A stretch of 64,000 nt of DNA from an uncultured Chloroflexia bacterium (GCA_963746845.1 CAVVCZ010000005.1:160001-224000), one strand, 5' to 3'. Shown: positions 47,705 to 57,737, numbered from the stretch's first letter. The notes: a model not told the origin generated them from the sequence alone. Made by a program: numbers and translations.

Positions 47705-49935
47705 GTGGCCGCCTCGACGACGAGGGCGTCGACGGCCGCCGTGGCGGCTGGGCCGGAGATCAGCGGGTTCAGGTCCACCTCGAGGATCGACGGGTCGTCC
47801 ACCAGGGCGCGCCCGAGCGCCACGATCGCGGCGACCACCGCCGACCGATCGATCCCCGGCCGACCGCGAACGCCGGCGAGGATCCGCCCACCGCGCAGCT
47901 CGTCGAGCATCAGCGTCGCCTCGAAGGCGTCGACGGGGGCGAGCCGGACGGCGACGTCGTCGAGCGCCTCGGCGAGGATGCCGCCCAGACCGACGAGGAC
48001 GATCGGCCCGTGCATCGGGTCGCGACGCCCGCCGAGGATCAGCTCCACCCCGGCGAGCTGGCGCATGACGAGCAGGCCCCGACGCCGAGCCCCCGACGGG
48101 AGCGGCAGCGCGAGGAGGTCGGCGGCCGCCGATCGGACCGCGTCCGCGTCCGCCAGACCCGTCCGGACGCCGCCCGCATCGGACTTGTGCGCGAGACCCT
48201 CGGCATCGATCTTCAGGACGACGGGCGGCCCGAGCCGGGTCGCGGCCTCGACCGCCTCGTCCGCGCCGACGACGGCAACCGGCATCTCCACGGGCAGGCC
48301 GGCCACCGCAAGCCGGTGGAGACTCTCCGGCTCGGGCAGGGCGCGCGCCGAGACCGGCCCGGTCGTCGCACGCGCATCCGGATCGTGACCCAGGAGCGGC
48401 GTCGCCGCCGCGAGCGCGGGCCAACCGGGACGGACGGGGCCCTCGGCCACGCGGTGGCCGCGCTTCGCCTCCCAGCGAGCGACGGCAGCGATCGCCCCGA
48501 ACGCCTCGACCGTGCCGCGCAGGACCGGCACGCCCCCGGCGTCGTGCAGCCGGGCGACGATCTCCGGCGTCGGCTCGCCCGACGTGAGCGAGACGAAGAC
48601 CGGCAGGAGATCCGGCCGGTCGGCCGTCACGCGGAGCAGCGGCTCGACGACCTCCAGCGCCGTCTCGACCTCGGACGGGAGCGATCGATACGGGAAGTCG
48701 TGGACAAGGGCCAGGACGTCGTAGGCGCCGGATCCGGCGAACGCGCGAAACGCGGCGTCGTAGGCAAACGGCGGGTCGACGGCACCCCACGGATCCAGGG
48801 GGTTGCCGACGTAGCCGAGCGTCGGAAGGTCTCCCAGGAGCTGGTCCCGGGCGGTCTGCGGGACGTCGGGCAGGTCGATCCCGGTCCGCGGTGCCAGGTC
48901 GGCGATCAGGGACGCCTCGCCCGTCGAGACCGTCACGACGCCGGTCCGGCCGCGCCCGACGTGGCGACCGAGACGCCGGCAGCCGGCCACCAGCTCGGCG
49001 GTCTCGAGCAGTGCGTCGAGGTCGTCGCACAGGATCACCCCCGCCGCGCGGAGGGCCGCCTCGGTCGCGCGGGCCTCGCCCGCGAGGGAGCCGGAGTGGG
49101 CGACCGCGGCCAGCTGCGCCTGGCGGCTTCGTCCCACCTTGACCGCCATGACCGGCTTGCCCGCCGCGAGCGCCCGATCCGCGAGCGCGAGGAACCGCTC
49201 CGGCCGCTTGAACCCTTCGACGAAGAGGATCACCGCGTGGGTCTCGTCGTCCTCGATCGCGTGGGCGAGGAAGTCGCAGACGTCGAGGACGACCTCGCTC
49301 CCGCAGCCGATGATCCGCGAGAACCCGATCCGGGCGCCGGAGTGGATGAAGGCGTCGGTCACGGATCCCGACTGGGCGATCCCGGTGACGCCACCCCGCG
49401 GCTGCCACGGATTGACGTCGCCGATGTACGTCGCGCTGTTGGCGGTGAAGTCGACGAGACCCATGCAGTTGGGCCCGAGCAGCGCGATCCCGTGGCGGAG
49501 GGCGATGTCGCGGACGTCCTCTTGCATCCGGGCGGCCGCCTCGCCGCCCTCCACGACGCCGCCGCCGGGGATGATGACCGCCGGCACGCCCGCCGCGGCC
49601 GCGTCGGCGACGACGGCAGCCGCCCGGAGGGGGTTCACGGCCACGAGGACGATGTCCGGGATCTCCGGTAGCTCCGCGATGGACGGGTAGCAGGGCTGTC
49701 CGTGGAGCTCCGGGTAGCGGGGATTGACGAAATGACAGCGCGTGTCGCTGCCAAGGACGCGGAGGTTCGCGCGGACAGTCTCGGCGATCCCGCCCCGGGC
49801 CGAGGCGCCGACGACCGCGATCGAGCGCGGCGCGAAGAGTGGCCGCAGGTCGATTGGCGGCAGCGCGGATGGAATTGGCGCTGCGGCGCCCTCCGGGTGG
49901 CGTTGCCTAACGAACGTTCGGTTGGTTGTGGCCAT
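47701..49935 (-). CDS. ADP-forming acyl-CoA synthetase (fused alpha-beta)
   Basis: PRSIAVVGAS, GPNCMG, QSGS, AHSGSLAG phospho-His, HKSDAGGV, DLNPL. Confidence 0.9.
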   Translation of the reverse strand: MATTNRTFVRQRHPEGAAAPIPSALPPIDLRPLFAPRSIAVVGASARGGIAETVRANLRVLGSDTRCHFVNPRYPELHGQPCYPSIAELPEIPDIVLVAVNPLRAAAVVADAAAAGVPAVIIPGGGVVEGGEAAARMQEDVRDIALRHGIALLGPNCMGLVDFTANSATYIGDVNPWQPRGGVTGIAQSGSVTDAFIHSGARIGFSRIIGCGSEVVLDVCDFLAHAIEDDETHAVILFVEGFKRPERFLALADRALAAGKPVMAVKVGRSRQAQLAAVAHSGSLAGEARATEAALRAAGVILCDDLDALLETAELVAGCRRLGRHVGRGRTGVVTVSTGEASLIADLAPRTGIDLPDVPQTARDQLLGDLPTLGYVGNPLDPWGAVDPPFAYDAAFRAFAGSGAYDVLALVHDFPYRSLPSEVETALEVVEPLLRVTADRPDLLPVFVSLTSGEPTPEIVARLHDAGGVPVLRGTVEAFGAIAAVARWEAKRGHRVAEGPVRPGWPALAAATPLLGHDPDARATTGPVSARALPEPESLHRLAVAGLPVEMPVAVVGADEAVEAATRLGPPVVLKIDAEGLAHKSDAGGVRTGLADADAVRSAAADLLALPLPSGARRRGLLVMRQLAGVELILGGRRDPMHGPIVLVGLGGILAEALDDVAVRLAPVDAFEATLMLDELRGGRILAGVRGRPGIDRSAVVAAIVALGRALVDDPSILEVDLNPLISGPAATAAVDALVVEAAT

Positions 49936-51116
49936 CAGCCGACGACCTTCGGGACGCCCCGCTTCTCGAGGGCCCGGGCGATGATCAACCGCTGGATCTC
50001 GGACGTGCCCTCCCAGATCCGGTCGACCCGGAGCTCGCGCAGGTAGCGCTCGGCGGGGTACTCGCGCATGTAGCCGCGCCCGCCGAACACCTGGACCACG
50101 CGGTCGGCGCAGCGCCAGGCGGCCTCCGACGCGAAGAGCTTGGCGAGCGACGCCTTGGCGTGGAGGACCTTCGCGTCCGCGCCCGCGTCGGCGAGGATCG
50201 CGGCCTCGCGCGTGAGGAGCCGCGCCGCCGACGCGTCGGCCGCGGAGTCGGCCAGGGGGAAGGACACCCCCTGGAAGTCGTAGATCCGCTCGCCGAACTG
50301 GACTCGCTGCGTCGCCCAGTCCACCGCCAGCCCGAGAAGTCGCTCCATCGCGCCGGCGCAGCGGGCGCCGATGTGGATCCGCTCCTCGACGAACCACTCG
50401 TTCGTGAGCTCGTCCGCCCGCCCGATCCCGCCGAGGATCGCGGATGCCGGGACGCGGACGTCGGTCAGGACGAACTGCGGATGCCGGTCGGCGAACGTGT
50501 GGGTGTAGTCGGGATCGTGCTTCATGGCGACGCCGGGGGTGTCGTAGTCGAGCAGGAAGAGGGTCGGAAGCAAATCCCCGGACGGCTCCACCACGATTCC
50601 GTGGAAGATCATGAAGTCGGTCTCGTCCGGCGGCCCCGTGACGAACCACTTCTCGCCGTTGAGGACGTAGTCGCCGGTCGACGCGTCGCGGACGGCGGTT
50701 GCCGCCAATGTCCGCGCATCGGAGCCCGCGTTCGGCTCGGTGATCGCGTAGCTCCCGAACCGCTCGCCGCGCAGGCTCGGCTCCAGGTACCGGCGGCGCT
50801 GCTCGGCGTCGGCGTGGATCAGCGCGTTGTAGGCGCCCGGGATGAACGACCACAGCCCGCCCGTCGCCTGGCCGAGCTGCTCGTGGACGATCACCTGGTC
50901 GACCACCGACCAGCCCCGGCCGCCGACGTCGACGGGAAGCGAGCCGCCGTCGAGGCGGGCCTCGATCGCGGCCGCCTTCAGCGTGTCCCGGGTCGCCGAC
51001 GGCAGCCGGCCCCCCGCGGCCTCGAACTCGGCCTCGAGCGGCTGGAGCCAGTCGACCACGTACGCGCGCGCCCGTGCCTGGAGCTCGCGCTGGGCCGGTG
51101 TCAGGGTGAGGTCCAC
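49935..51116 (-). CDS. Acyl-CoA dehydrogenase
   Basis: AITEPNAGSD, NGEKWFVT, RVQFG, QVFGGRGY, IWEGTSEIQR. Confidence 0.95.
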   Translation of the reverse strand: MDLTLTPAQRELQARARAYVVDWLQPLEAEFEAAGGRLPSATRDTLKAAAIEARLDGGSLPVDVGGRGWSVVDQVIVHEQLGQATGGLWSFIPGAYNALIHADAEQRRRYLEPSLRGERFGSYAITEPNAGSDARTLAATAVRDASTGDYVLNGEKWFVTGPPDETDFMIFHGIVVEPSGDLLPTLFLLDYDTPGVAMKHDPDYTHTFADRHPQFVLTDVRVPASAILGGIGRADELTNEWFVEERIHIGARCAGAMERLLGLAVDWATQRVQFGERIYDFQGVSFPLADSAADASAARLLTREAAILADAGADAKVLHAKASLAKLFASEAAWRCADRVVQVFGGRGYMREYPAERYLRELRVDRIWEGTSEIQRLIIARALEKRGVPKVVG

Positions 51117-51183
51117 GAGCCGAGGATGACCGGCCGATCTTCCGGTCGCGTCGCGCGTCCCGGGTCGCGCGACGCGCGGGCGC

Positions 51184-51447
51184 TCAGACGCCGAGGGTGC
51201 GCCGCCGCTCCTCGTATTCGGCCGCGTCGATCTCGCCGCGCGCATACCGCTCGCGCAGCACCGTCAGGGCGGAATCCTCGCCGCTGGATCCCGGGCGGTA
51301 TCGATCGTTCCGGCTGTTCCGGAGGAGCCAGCGGATGCCGAGGACGATCAGCAGCAGCAGCCCGCCCCAGATCACGACGTTGACGAGGACGACGATCAGC
51401 CAGACGACCCAGAACTCGCCGCCGAAGCTCCCGACCCCGATCGTCAC
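51184..51447 (-). CDS. SHOCT domain membrane protein
   Basis: TM segment then LRERYARGEIDAAEYEERR. Confidence 0.88.
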   Translation of the reverse strand: MTIGVGSFGGEFWVVWLIVVLVNVVIWGGLLLLIVLGIRWLLRNSRNDRYRPGSSGEDSALTVLRERYARGEIDAAEYEERRRTLGV

Positions 51448-51462
51448 GACCCCTCCCGTCGC

Positions 51463-52908
51463 TCAGCTGGGCCAGGCGAGAACCATGATCCGGATTTCCG
51501 TCATGTCCTCGATCGCCCACCGCAGCCCCTCGCGGCCGAGCCCCGAGTCCTTCACGCCGCCATACGGCATGTGGTCGGTCCGGTAGGTCGGCACGTCGTT
51601 GACGATGACCCCACCGACCTCGAGCTCGTTGAACGCCTTCCAGGCGTTGCCGAGGTCGTTGGTGAAGATCCCGGTCTGGAGGCCGAAGAACGAATCGTTG
51701 ACCTGGCGGATCGCGTCCGCGATGTCCCGGAACCTGAACGCGACCACAAGCGGAGCGAATGCCTCGTTCGAGCAGACGGCGGCCGTCGTCGGGACGTCCG
51801 TGAGGATCGTCGGCGGGAAGAACGTGCCGTCGGCCCGGCCGCCCGCGAGCGCCTTGCCGCCGGCGGCGAGCGCCTCGTCGACCCACCGCTGCGTCCGCGA
51901 TGCGGCGTGCTCGTCGACCATCGGGCCGAGGTCCGTCTGGGGATCGAGCGGATCGCCCACCTTGAGGGCCTTCGCGCCCTCGACGAACTTCGCCATGAAC
52001 GCGTCCCAGATGTCCTCGTGGACGAACATCCGCTGAACGCTGATGCAGACCTGGCCGGCATAGGTGAACGCCCCGACGAGCGTCCGCCGGACGGCCCAGT
52101 CGAGATCCGCGGTCCTGTCGACGATGACGCCGGCGTTCCCGCCGAGCTCCAGGACCACCTTCTTCTTGCCGGCCCGCTCCTTCATCCGCCAGCCGACCGA
52201 CGGGCTGCCGGTGAACGTCAGGAGCTTGAACCGGTCGTCCGACACCATCCGGTCGCCGAGCTCGCGGCTCATCGGCAGGACGCTGACGGAGCCCGCCGGC
52301 GGACCCGCCTCCTCGATGATCTCGGCCACGGTCAGCATCACGAGCGGGTCCTTGGACGGCGGCTTCAGGACGATCGGGTTGCCGCTCGCGATCGCCGGCG
52401 AGAGCTTGTGGGCGGCGAGGTTCAGCGGGAAGTTGAACGGGCTGATCCCGGCGATCGGCCCGATCGGGAACCGGCGGGTGATCCCGACCCGCCCCTTCGA
52501 TGCCGGCATCAGGTCGAGGGGGATCGTCTCGCCGACCATCCGCTCGGCCTCCTCGGCGCCGAGCCGGAAGGTGATTGCCGCGCGATCCACCTCGACGAGC
52601 GCGTCCCGGATCGGTTTGCCGGCCTCCAGGGCGATCAGCCGCCCGAGCTCTTCCCGGCGCGCCTTGATCCCGGCACTGATGTTCCGCAGGATCGCGCCGC
52701 GCTCGTAGGCCGGCAGCGTCCGGGTGACCTCGAACGCCGCGACGGCGGCCTCGACCGCCTCCTCGTACTGCGCCTCGGTCGCGTGGAACGTCGATCCCGC
52801 GGGGTTGGCCGCGTCGGCGGGGTTGGCGACGATCAGCGGGTCGTCGGATTCGACCCACTTGCCGGCGAGAAAGATGGGATGCGGCTTGGCGCCGGTCACG
52901 GCGGTCAT
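51463..52908 (-). CDS. Aldehyde dehydrogenase
   Basis: PFNFP, FTGS, LELGGN, GQVCIS, YGGVKDSG. Confidence 0.95.
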   Translation of the reverse strand: MTAVTGAKPHPIFLAGKWVESDDPLIVANPADAANPAGSTFHATEAQYEEAVEAAVAAFEVTRTLPAYERGAILRNISAGIKARREELGRLIALEAGKPIRDALVEVDRAAITFRLGAEEAERMVGETIPLDLMPASKGRVGITRRFPIGPIAGISPFNFPLNLAAHKLSPAIASGNPIVLKPPSKDPLVMLTVAEIIEEAGPPAGSVSVLPMSRELGDRMVSDDRFKLLTFTGSPSVGWRMKERAGKKKVVLELGGNAGVIVDRTADLDWAVRRTLVGAFTYAGQVCISVQRMFVHEDIWDAFMAKFVEGAKALKVGDPLDPQTDLGPMVDEHAASRTQRWVDEALAAGGKALAGGRADGTFFPPTILTDVPTTAAVCSNEAFAPLVVAFRFRDIADAIRQVNDSFFGLQTGIFTNDLGNAWKAFNELEVGGVIVNDVPTYRTDHMPYGGVKDSGLGREGLRWAIEDMTEIRIMVLAWPS

Positions 52909-52981
52909 GCGGAGCTCCTGCGTTCGGATCGTCGTGCCATTCTAGACGCGCCCCCTCAGCGCCCTGTCCGAGGACCAGCCG

Positions 52982-53806
52982 ATGAGCCCGCGCTCCTCCC
53001 ACTCCCTCCGTGAGTCCCTCCTGGTGAAGCCCGGCTCGAAGGTCCGGCTGGCCGGCGTCGACGCCGGCGAGACACACGGCCGGAAGGAGGGCCAGGCAAA
53101 GGAGGATCTCCAGGCCGGCCTCGACCGCCTGACCGACCTCCAGGACCGGCTCTGGGCGGAGGCGAAGCACCCCGTCTTGATCGTCCTCCAGGGGATCGAC
53201 GCCGCCGGCAAGGACGGCACGGTCCGCCACGTGATGACCGCGTTCAACCCGATGGGCTGCCTCGTCACTTCGTGGAAGGCGCCGACCCCGGTCGAGCTCG
53301 CCCACGACTACCTCTGGCGGATCCACCAGCGGACGCCGGGCAAGGGCGAGATCTCGATCTTCAACCGCTCCCACTACGAGGACGTCCTCGTCGTCCGCGT
53401 CCACGACCTCGTGCCGAAGGACGTCTGGTCGCGCCGCTACGACGAGATCAACGCGTTCGAGCGGCTGCTCATCGACTCCGGGACGACGATCCTGAAGTTC
53501 TTCCTGTACATCGACCGCGACGAGCAGAAGGAACGGTTCCAGGCGCGCCTCGACGATCCCGACAAGCAGTGGAAGTTCCGCCTGCGCGACCTCGAGGAGC
53601 GCAAGCTCTGGGACGACTACCTGGCGGCGTTCGAGGAGATGCTCCAGCGCTGCTCGACCGGCGCGGCGCCGTGGTACCTGGTGCCGTCGAACAAGAAGTG
53701 GTTCCGGAACCTGGCGGTCGCCGATATCGTGGCCGACGCCCTCGACGCCCTGAAGCCGGCCTACCCGCCGCCCCCGGAGGACCTGACGGGGGTCGTCGTC
53801 GAGTAA
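52982..53806 (+). CDS. ppk2: Polyphosphate kinase 2 family (polyphosphate:nucleotide phosphotransferase)
   Basis: QGIDAAGKDG, HDYLWR, FNRSHYEDV. Confidence 0.93.
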   Translation: MSPRSSHSLRESLLVKPGSKVRLAGVDAGETHGRKEGQAKEDLQAGLDRLTDLQDRLWAEAKHPVLIVLQGIDAAGKDGTVRHVMTAFNPMGCLVTSWKAPTPVELAHDYLWRIHQRTPGKGEISIFNRSHYEDVLVVRVHDLVPKDVWSRRYDEINAFERLLIDSGTTILKFFLYIDRDEQKERFQARLDDPDKQWKFRLRDLEERKLWDDYLAAFEEMLQRCSTGAAPWYLVPSNKKWFRNLAVADIVADALDALKPAYPPPPEDLTGVVVE

Positions 53807-53821
53807 GGCTGTCGGGCCGGG

Positions 53822-55489
53822 TCAGCGCTTGCCGAACAGCGTGCCGAACACGCCCCGCAGCAGGTCCTGACCCGCCCGCGACGTCACCACCCGGCCGGCT
53901 TCCCGGACGCCGGTCTGGATCATCCGATCGCGCTGGCGGGCGTCGGCGCGGGCCTGGCGCTCGGCGGCCGCGCGGGCCTTCTCGGCCGCCCGCTGGGCGG
54001 CGGCCATCTCGCGCGCCTGGCGCTGGATCTCGCGCTGCTGCTGGGCCGGCGTCATCGTGTTCATCCCGCTCGCCGAGGTCGGCGACACGCCGGCCGCCAT
54101 GGCCTGTTGGGCCGCGGCGTCGGCCGCCGCCTGCTTCGCCGAGTCGATCCGCGCGGTGATGATCTCGTAGGCGCTCTGGCGGTCGACCGCCTGGCCGTAC
54201 TTCGCGCGCAGCGTCGCCGACGCGATCCGCGCCTGGAGGTCCGGGTCCGGAAGCACCGCCATCAGCGAGTCAGGCGGGAGGAGTCGCGTGGCGGCGAGCG
54301 GCGTCGGCGTCCCGCGCGGCGAGAGCACCGTGACCAGGGCCTCGCCGATCCCGAGCGAGGTGATCGTCTCCTCGACCTTGTAGTGCGTCGTCATCGGGAA
54401 GGTCCGGGCGGTCTTGCGCAGGGCGTCCGCGTCGTCCGGCGTGAACGCCCGCAACGCATGCTGGACGCGGTTCCCGAGCTGGGCGAGGACCGACGCCGGG
54501 ACGTCGGTCGGCGCCTGGGTGACGAAGTACACCCCGACCCCCTTGGACCGGATGAGGCGCGCCGTGCGCTCGATCTGCTCGAGGAGGGCCTGCGACGCGC
54601 CGGCGAACAGGAGGTGTGCCTCGTCAAAGAAGAAGCACAGCTTGGGTTTCGGGATGTCACCGACCTCTGGCAGCGTCTCGTACAGCTGGGCCAGCATCCA
54701 GAGCATGAACGTGCTGAACAGCCGTGGCTGATCCATGACGTCGCGCAGCTCGAGGATCGAGACGACGCCGGTCCCCTCGGGAGTCGTCCGGATCAGGTCA
54801 GCGACGTCGAACTCCGGCTCGCCGAAGAAGATGTCGGCGCCCTCCTGCTCGAGGACGACGAGCGAGCGGAGGAGCACGCCGACCGACGCCGGCGACATCC
54901 CGCCGTAATCGGCGAGGATCGGCTTGCCCTCGTCGGACGAGAGGAACTTCAGAGTCGCCCCGAGGTCCTTGAGGTCGAGCAACGGCAGGCTGTTGTCGTC
55001 GCAGTACTTGAAGACGAGCGACAGGATCGAGGTCTGGGTCTCGTTGAGGTCGAGGACCTTGCCAAGCAGGAGCGGTCCGAAGCTGTGAGCCGTCGCCCGG
55101 ACCTGGGCGCCCAGCTTGCCGGACAGCGACAGGAACTCGACCGGATGCCCGGACGGCTCGAAGGTCCAGCCCAGCGACTGGGCCCGCTCGACGACCTTCG
55201 GGTTCGTCGCGTCGCCCGCCATGGCCATCCCGGTGACGTCGCCCTTGATGTCCGCCACGAAGACCGGCACGCCCGCCTTCGACAGCTCGCCCGCCAGGAG
55301 CTGGAGCGTCTTCGTCTTGCCGGTCCCGGTTGCGCCGGCGATCAGGCCGTGCCGGTTCATCATCGACAGCGCGACCTGGACCCGGTGGTCGTTGTCGAGC
55401 TCGCCGGCCAGCATCGGGCTGCCGAGCGTCAGACCGGGCTCGGTCAGGGCGTAGCCCTGGGCCATCTCATCGCGGAATGCCTGGTCCAT
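53822..55489 (-). CDS. DUF853/YjgR HerA-like P-loop ATPase
   Basis: NRHGLIAGATGTGKT, FFFDEAH, RSKGVG, QLGNRVQHALRAFTP. Confidence 0.92.
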   Translation of the reverse strand: MDQAFRDEMAQGYALTEPGLTLGSPMLAGELDNDHRVQVALSMMNRHGLIAGATGTGKTKTLQLLAGELSKAGVPVFVADIKGDVTGMAMAGDATNPKVVERAQSLGWTFEPSGHPVEFLSLSGKLGAQVRATAHSFGPLLLGKVLDLNETQTSILSLVFKYCDDNSLPLLDLKDLGATLKFLSSDEGKPILADYGGMSPASVGVLLRSLVVLEQEGADIFFGEPEFDVADLIRTTPEGTGVVSILELRDVMDQPRLFSTFMLWMLAQLYETLPEVGDIPKPKLCFFFDEAHLLFAGASQALLEQIERTARLIRSKGVGVYFVTQAPTDVPASVLAQLGNRVQHALRAFTPDDADALRKTARTFPMTTHYKVEETITSLGIGEALVTVLSPRGTPTPLAATRLLPPDSLMAVLPDPDLQARIASATLRAKYGQAVDRQSAYEIITARIDSAKQAAADAAAQQAMAAGVSPTSASGMNTMTPAQQQREIQRQAREMAAAQRAAEKARAAAERQARADARQRDRMIQTGVREAGRVVTSRAGQDLLRGVFGTLFGKR

Positions 55490-55651
55490 CAACGTCGCTC
55501 CGGGCGCAGAAGTGCCGGTCCGGAAGCGTACCATCGGCGGTCCGAGCCATCCGTAGGCAGCGGCGTCACCGTTGGAGCTCGCGACGTGCGAACCTGCTCG
55601 AGGCCGCGATCGTCGATCGCTGTACCGAGCTCGCGCAGCGGTGCGCGACAA

Positions 55652-55705
55652 CGTTCGTCCCCGGCACGAACGACGGCCGGGACTGTCGTTCCGACAGTCC
55701 CGGCC
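55652..55705. terminator. Double hairpin downstream of paralog C, conserved with 57638-57687
   Basis: CGTTCGT..ACGAACG then GGCCGGGACTGTC-N5-GACAGTCCCGGCC; no U-tract. Confidence 0.5.
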
Positions 55706-55761
55706 TGTTGTTGCGGTGCGGTGATCCGGTCGGCTTCAGCTTGAGCCGAGGCCGGTCGCGG

Positions 55762-57372
55762 TCAGCGCCAGCTGTTGCCGCCCATGTCTTTGATCTGGCC
55801 CCAGATGACGGGCGTGCCGACCGTGTTCGTCGTCGCGCTGCCCCTGACTGTCCCGGTGCCTCCGGCCAGGTCGAAGGCCGCCGGGACGCCATGGCCGGAG
55901 TTGCTCGCGGACAGGCCGGACACGGTCACGCCGGTCGTGCCGTTGCGGAGCACGAGCGCCCACCCGGCGTCGGCGACCGATACGTTCGTGACCGTCAAGT
56001 TGCGAACGGCCGGGCCCGTGCCGCCGGTGTAGACGTGGATGGCGTTGACGCCAGCGATGGCGCCGGACACGTCGCTCTGCTGGAGATGCGACGCAGTGAT
56101 GTTCAAGAGGGCGATGTCGTGCGACCCGCGGCTGATGTAGAACAGGTGGCTCGACTGCTGACCGCCGGTCCCGGCCGCCGCGATATTGCTGAAGGTCAGG
56201 CCATCGAACGTGACATCGCCCGCGCCGATCAGGAGGAACACGCCGACCTGGCCCATGAGGTAGTTCTGGAACCGGGCCGGGCCGACGAAGGTGACGCCCG
56301 TCACGGGCGCGGTGCCGAGGGTGCCGTTCGGGTCATGGACCGTGTCCCAGACCGAGAACACAGGACTGGCATAACTGGTGTTGCCCGAGCCATCGAAGAC
56401 GACGCCCGGGTCGAACCGGACCGTCAGCGGTCGTGATGCCCGGTTGATCTTGACCTGCGCGTCGCGCCATCCGCGATACGTCCCGGCCGTGAACCGGATC
56501 GTGTCGACCGTCAGGTCCGAGGCGGCGCTGGTGAAGGAGCTGGCGCTCGTGCTCGGACTGATCGTCCGGACGACGCCAGTCGCCGTCGGTGCGGTCGTGG
56601 GGGCCGTGGTCGGAGTCGCGGTCGGTGCGGTCGTGGGGGCCGTGGTCGGAGTCGCGGTCGGTGCGGTCGTGGGGGCCGTGGTCGGAGTCGCGGTCGGTGC
56701 GGTCGCGGGGGCCGTGGTCGGAGTCGCGGTCGGTGCGGTCGCGGGCGCCGTGGTCGGAGTCGCCGTCGGTGCGGTCGCGGGGGCCGTGGTTGGCGCCGAT
56801 GGCGGTGTGACCTTGTCTGCCGCCAGTTCCACTCGCAGCCAGTCGATCGCGACCGTGGGGTGGCCGGATGTCCCCACGACGACGATCTTCAGCGTGTGCG
56901 ACTGCGACGAGGGCCAGCGCGCGGAGTAGAGCGCATACCGAGCCGTGAACTGGCTGCGATATTGGCTCACGGTCTTGATGTAGACACCGTCCACGTAGAC
57001 CTTGGCGGAGCCACGCGTCGGACCGAGCGGGCCGACCCATCGGACGCCGACGCCGGTGAAGCGAAGGGTCGCCGAGGCGTTCTCCTCATTCGAGAAGCGG
57101 ACCTTCCCGCCGGAGTAGCCGCTTGCGTACGCGTAGTCCCACGTCCCGCTGTAGGTGATGCGGGAGGAGCTCTCCGAGTAGCTGGTGGTCTCCTTCGCGG
57201 TGTTCCTGGTCGTGGCTGTCGCGGCGGCAAACGCCCCGACGGGGACGATCACGAGGGCCAGTAGTGCGACGGCCGCCCGAGCGATGAAGGAACTGGGGAA
57301 ATGAGAGCGGTGCGCGGGTCGTGGTCGGGGCGGGACGGGCTCGGAGGCCCACTGGTCGCCATCCCAGAACAT
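55762..57372 (-). CDS. Secreted protein, paralog C: CBM-like beta-sandwich + Pro/Thr linker + beta-helix-like domain
   Basis: Signal peptide, YSGTW...FTG...VYVDG...HTLKIVV module, ends GGNSWR; AAAGGAG RBS. Confidence 0.8.
   Translation of the reverse strand: MFWDGDQWASEPVPPRPRPAHRSHFPSSFIARAAVALLALVIVPVGAFAAATATTRNTAKETTSYSESSSRITYSGTWDYAYASGYSGGKVRFSNEENASATLRFTGVGVRWVGPLGPTRGSAKVYVDGVYIKTVSQYRSQFTARYALYSARWPSSQSHTLKIVVVGTSGHPTVAIDWLRVELAADKVTPPSAPTTAPATAPTATPTTAPATAPTATPTTAPATAPTATPTTAPTTAPTATPTTAPTTAPTATPTTAPTTAPTATGVVRTISPSTSASSFTSAASDLTVDTIRFTAGTYRGWRDAQVKINRASRPLTVRFDPGVVFDGSGNTSYASPVFSVWDTVHDPNGTLGTAPVTGVTFVGPARFQNYLMGQVGVFLLIGAGDVTFDGLTFSNIAAAGTGGQQSSHLFYISRGSHDIALLNITASHLQQSDVSGAIAGVNAIHVYTGGTGPAVRNLTVTNVSVADAGWALVLRNGTTGVTVSGLSASNSGHGVPAAFDLAGGTGTVRGSATTNTVGTPVIWGQIKDMGGNSWR
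56578..56793 (-). repeat. 6 x 36-nt coding tandem repeat (PTTAP[A/T]TAPTAT)
   Basis: Directly visible in DNA and protein. Confidence 0.95.
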
Positions 57373-57385
57373 CGATCGCAGCTCC

Positions 57386-57460
57386 TTTCGGCAACCCGGC
57401 TGACTCGGAGAGTCCCGTGGCTTTGCGGCCCCGCCTCGCGACGGGTGTGCTATTTCGTGG
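57386..57460 (-). ncRNA. GEMM-I (c-di-GMP-I class) riboswitch, A20 variant
   Basis: Sense strand AATAGCACACCCGTC-GCGA-GGCGGGGCCGCAAAGCCACGGGACTC-TCC-GAGTCAGCCGGGTTGCCGAA: GNRA-capped P2, GCAAAGC junction, P3, GCCG; abuts the RBS of paralog C. Confidence 0.88.
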
Positions 57461-57637
57461 AACCCCTTGCGACCAGGCGATCGGCGGTCGCAACAACAGA
57501 AGCATCCACCAGGGATCGGCCGGAGGCCATAGCGAATGTGGGCCTGCGGGCGGACCCGGTGGTCGTGTCACGCAGGCCGACGTCTGGTGGAGACCGAGGC
57601 GGTCGGGAGGGGAAGCCGGGACCCATCTCGGAGGACT

Positions 57638-57687
57638 TTCGTCCTCGCACGAACGAGGACCGGGACTGTCGTTGACAGTCCCGGTCC
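57638..57687. terminator. Double hairpin downstream of paralog D, conserved with 55652-55705
   Basis: TTCGT..ACGAA then GGACCGGGACTGTC-GTT-GACAGTCCCGGTCC (14-bp stem). Confidence 0.5.
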
Positions 57688-57737
57688 GTGGAGGCGGCGA
57701 TGGATGTCGGCTCAGCTCGAGCCGAGGCTGGGCGCGG

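Noticed and set aside
46883-50853. 841-aa and 1050-aa ORFs suggesting multi-enzyme fusions
   Set aside because: Extensions are off-frame read-through over neighbouring genes; separate overlapping starts at 47704 and 49935
53822-55489. HerA-like ATPase as an anti-phage system
   Set aside because: It is the widespread DUF853/YjgR family with no nuclease or Sir2 partner nearby
56578-56793. 36-nt repeats as a possible CRISPR array
   Set aside because: Head-to-tail with no spacers, in frame, encodes a Pro/Thr linker; no cas genes
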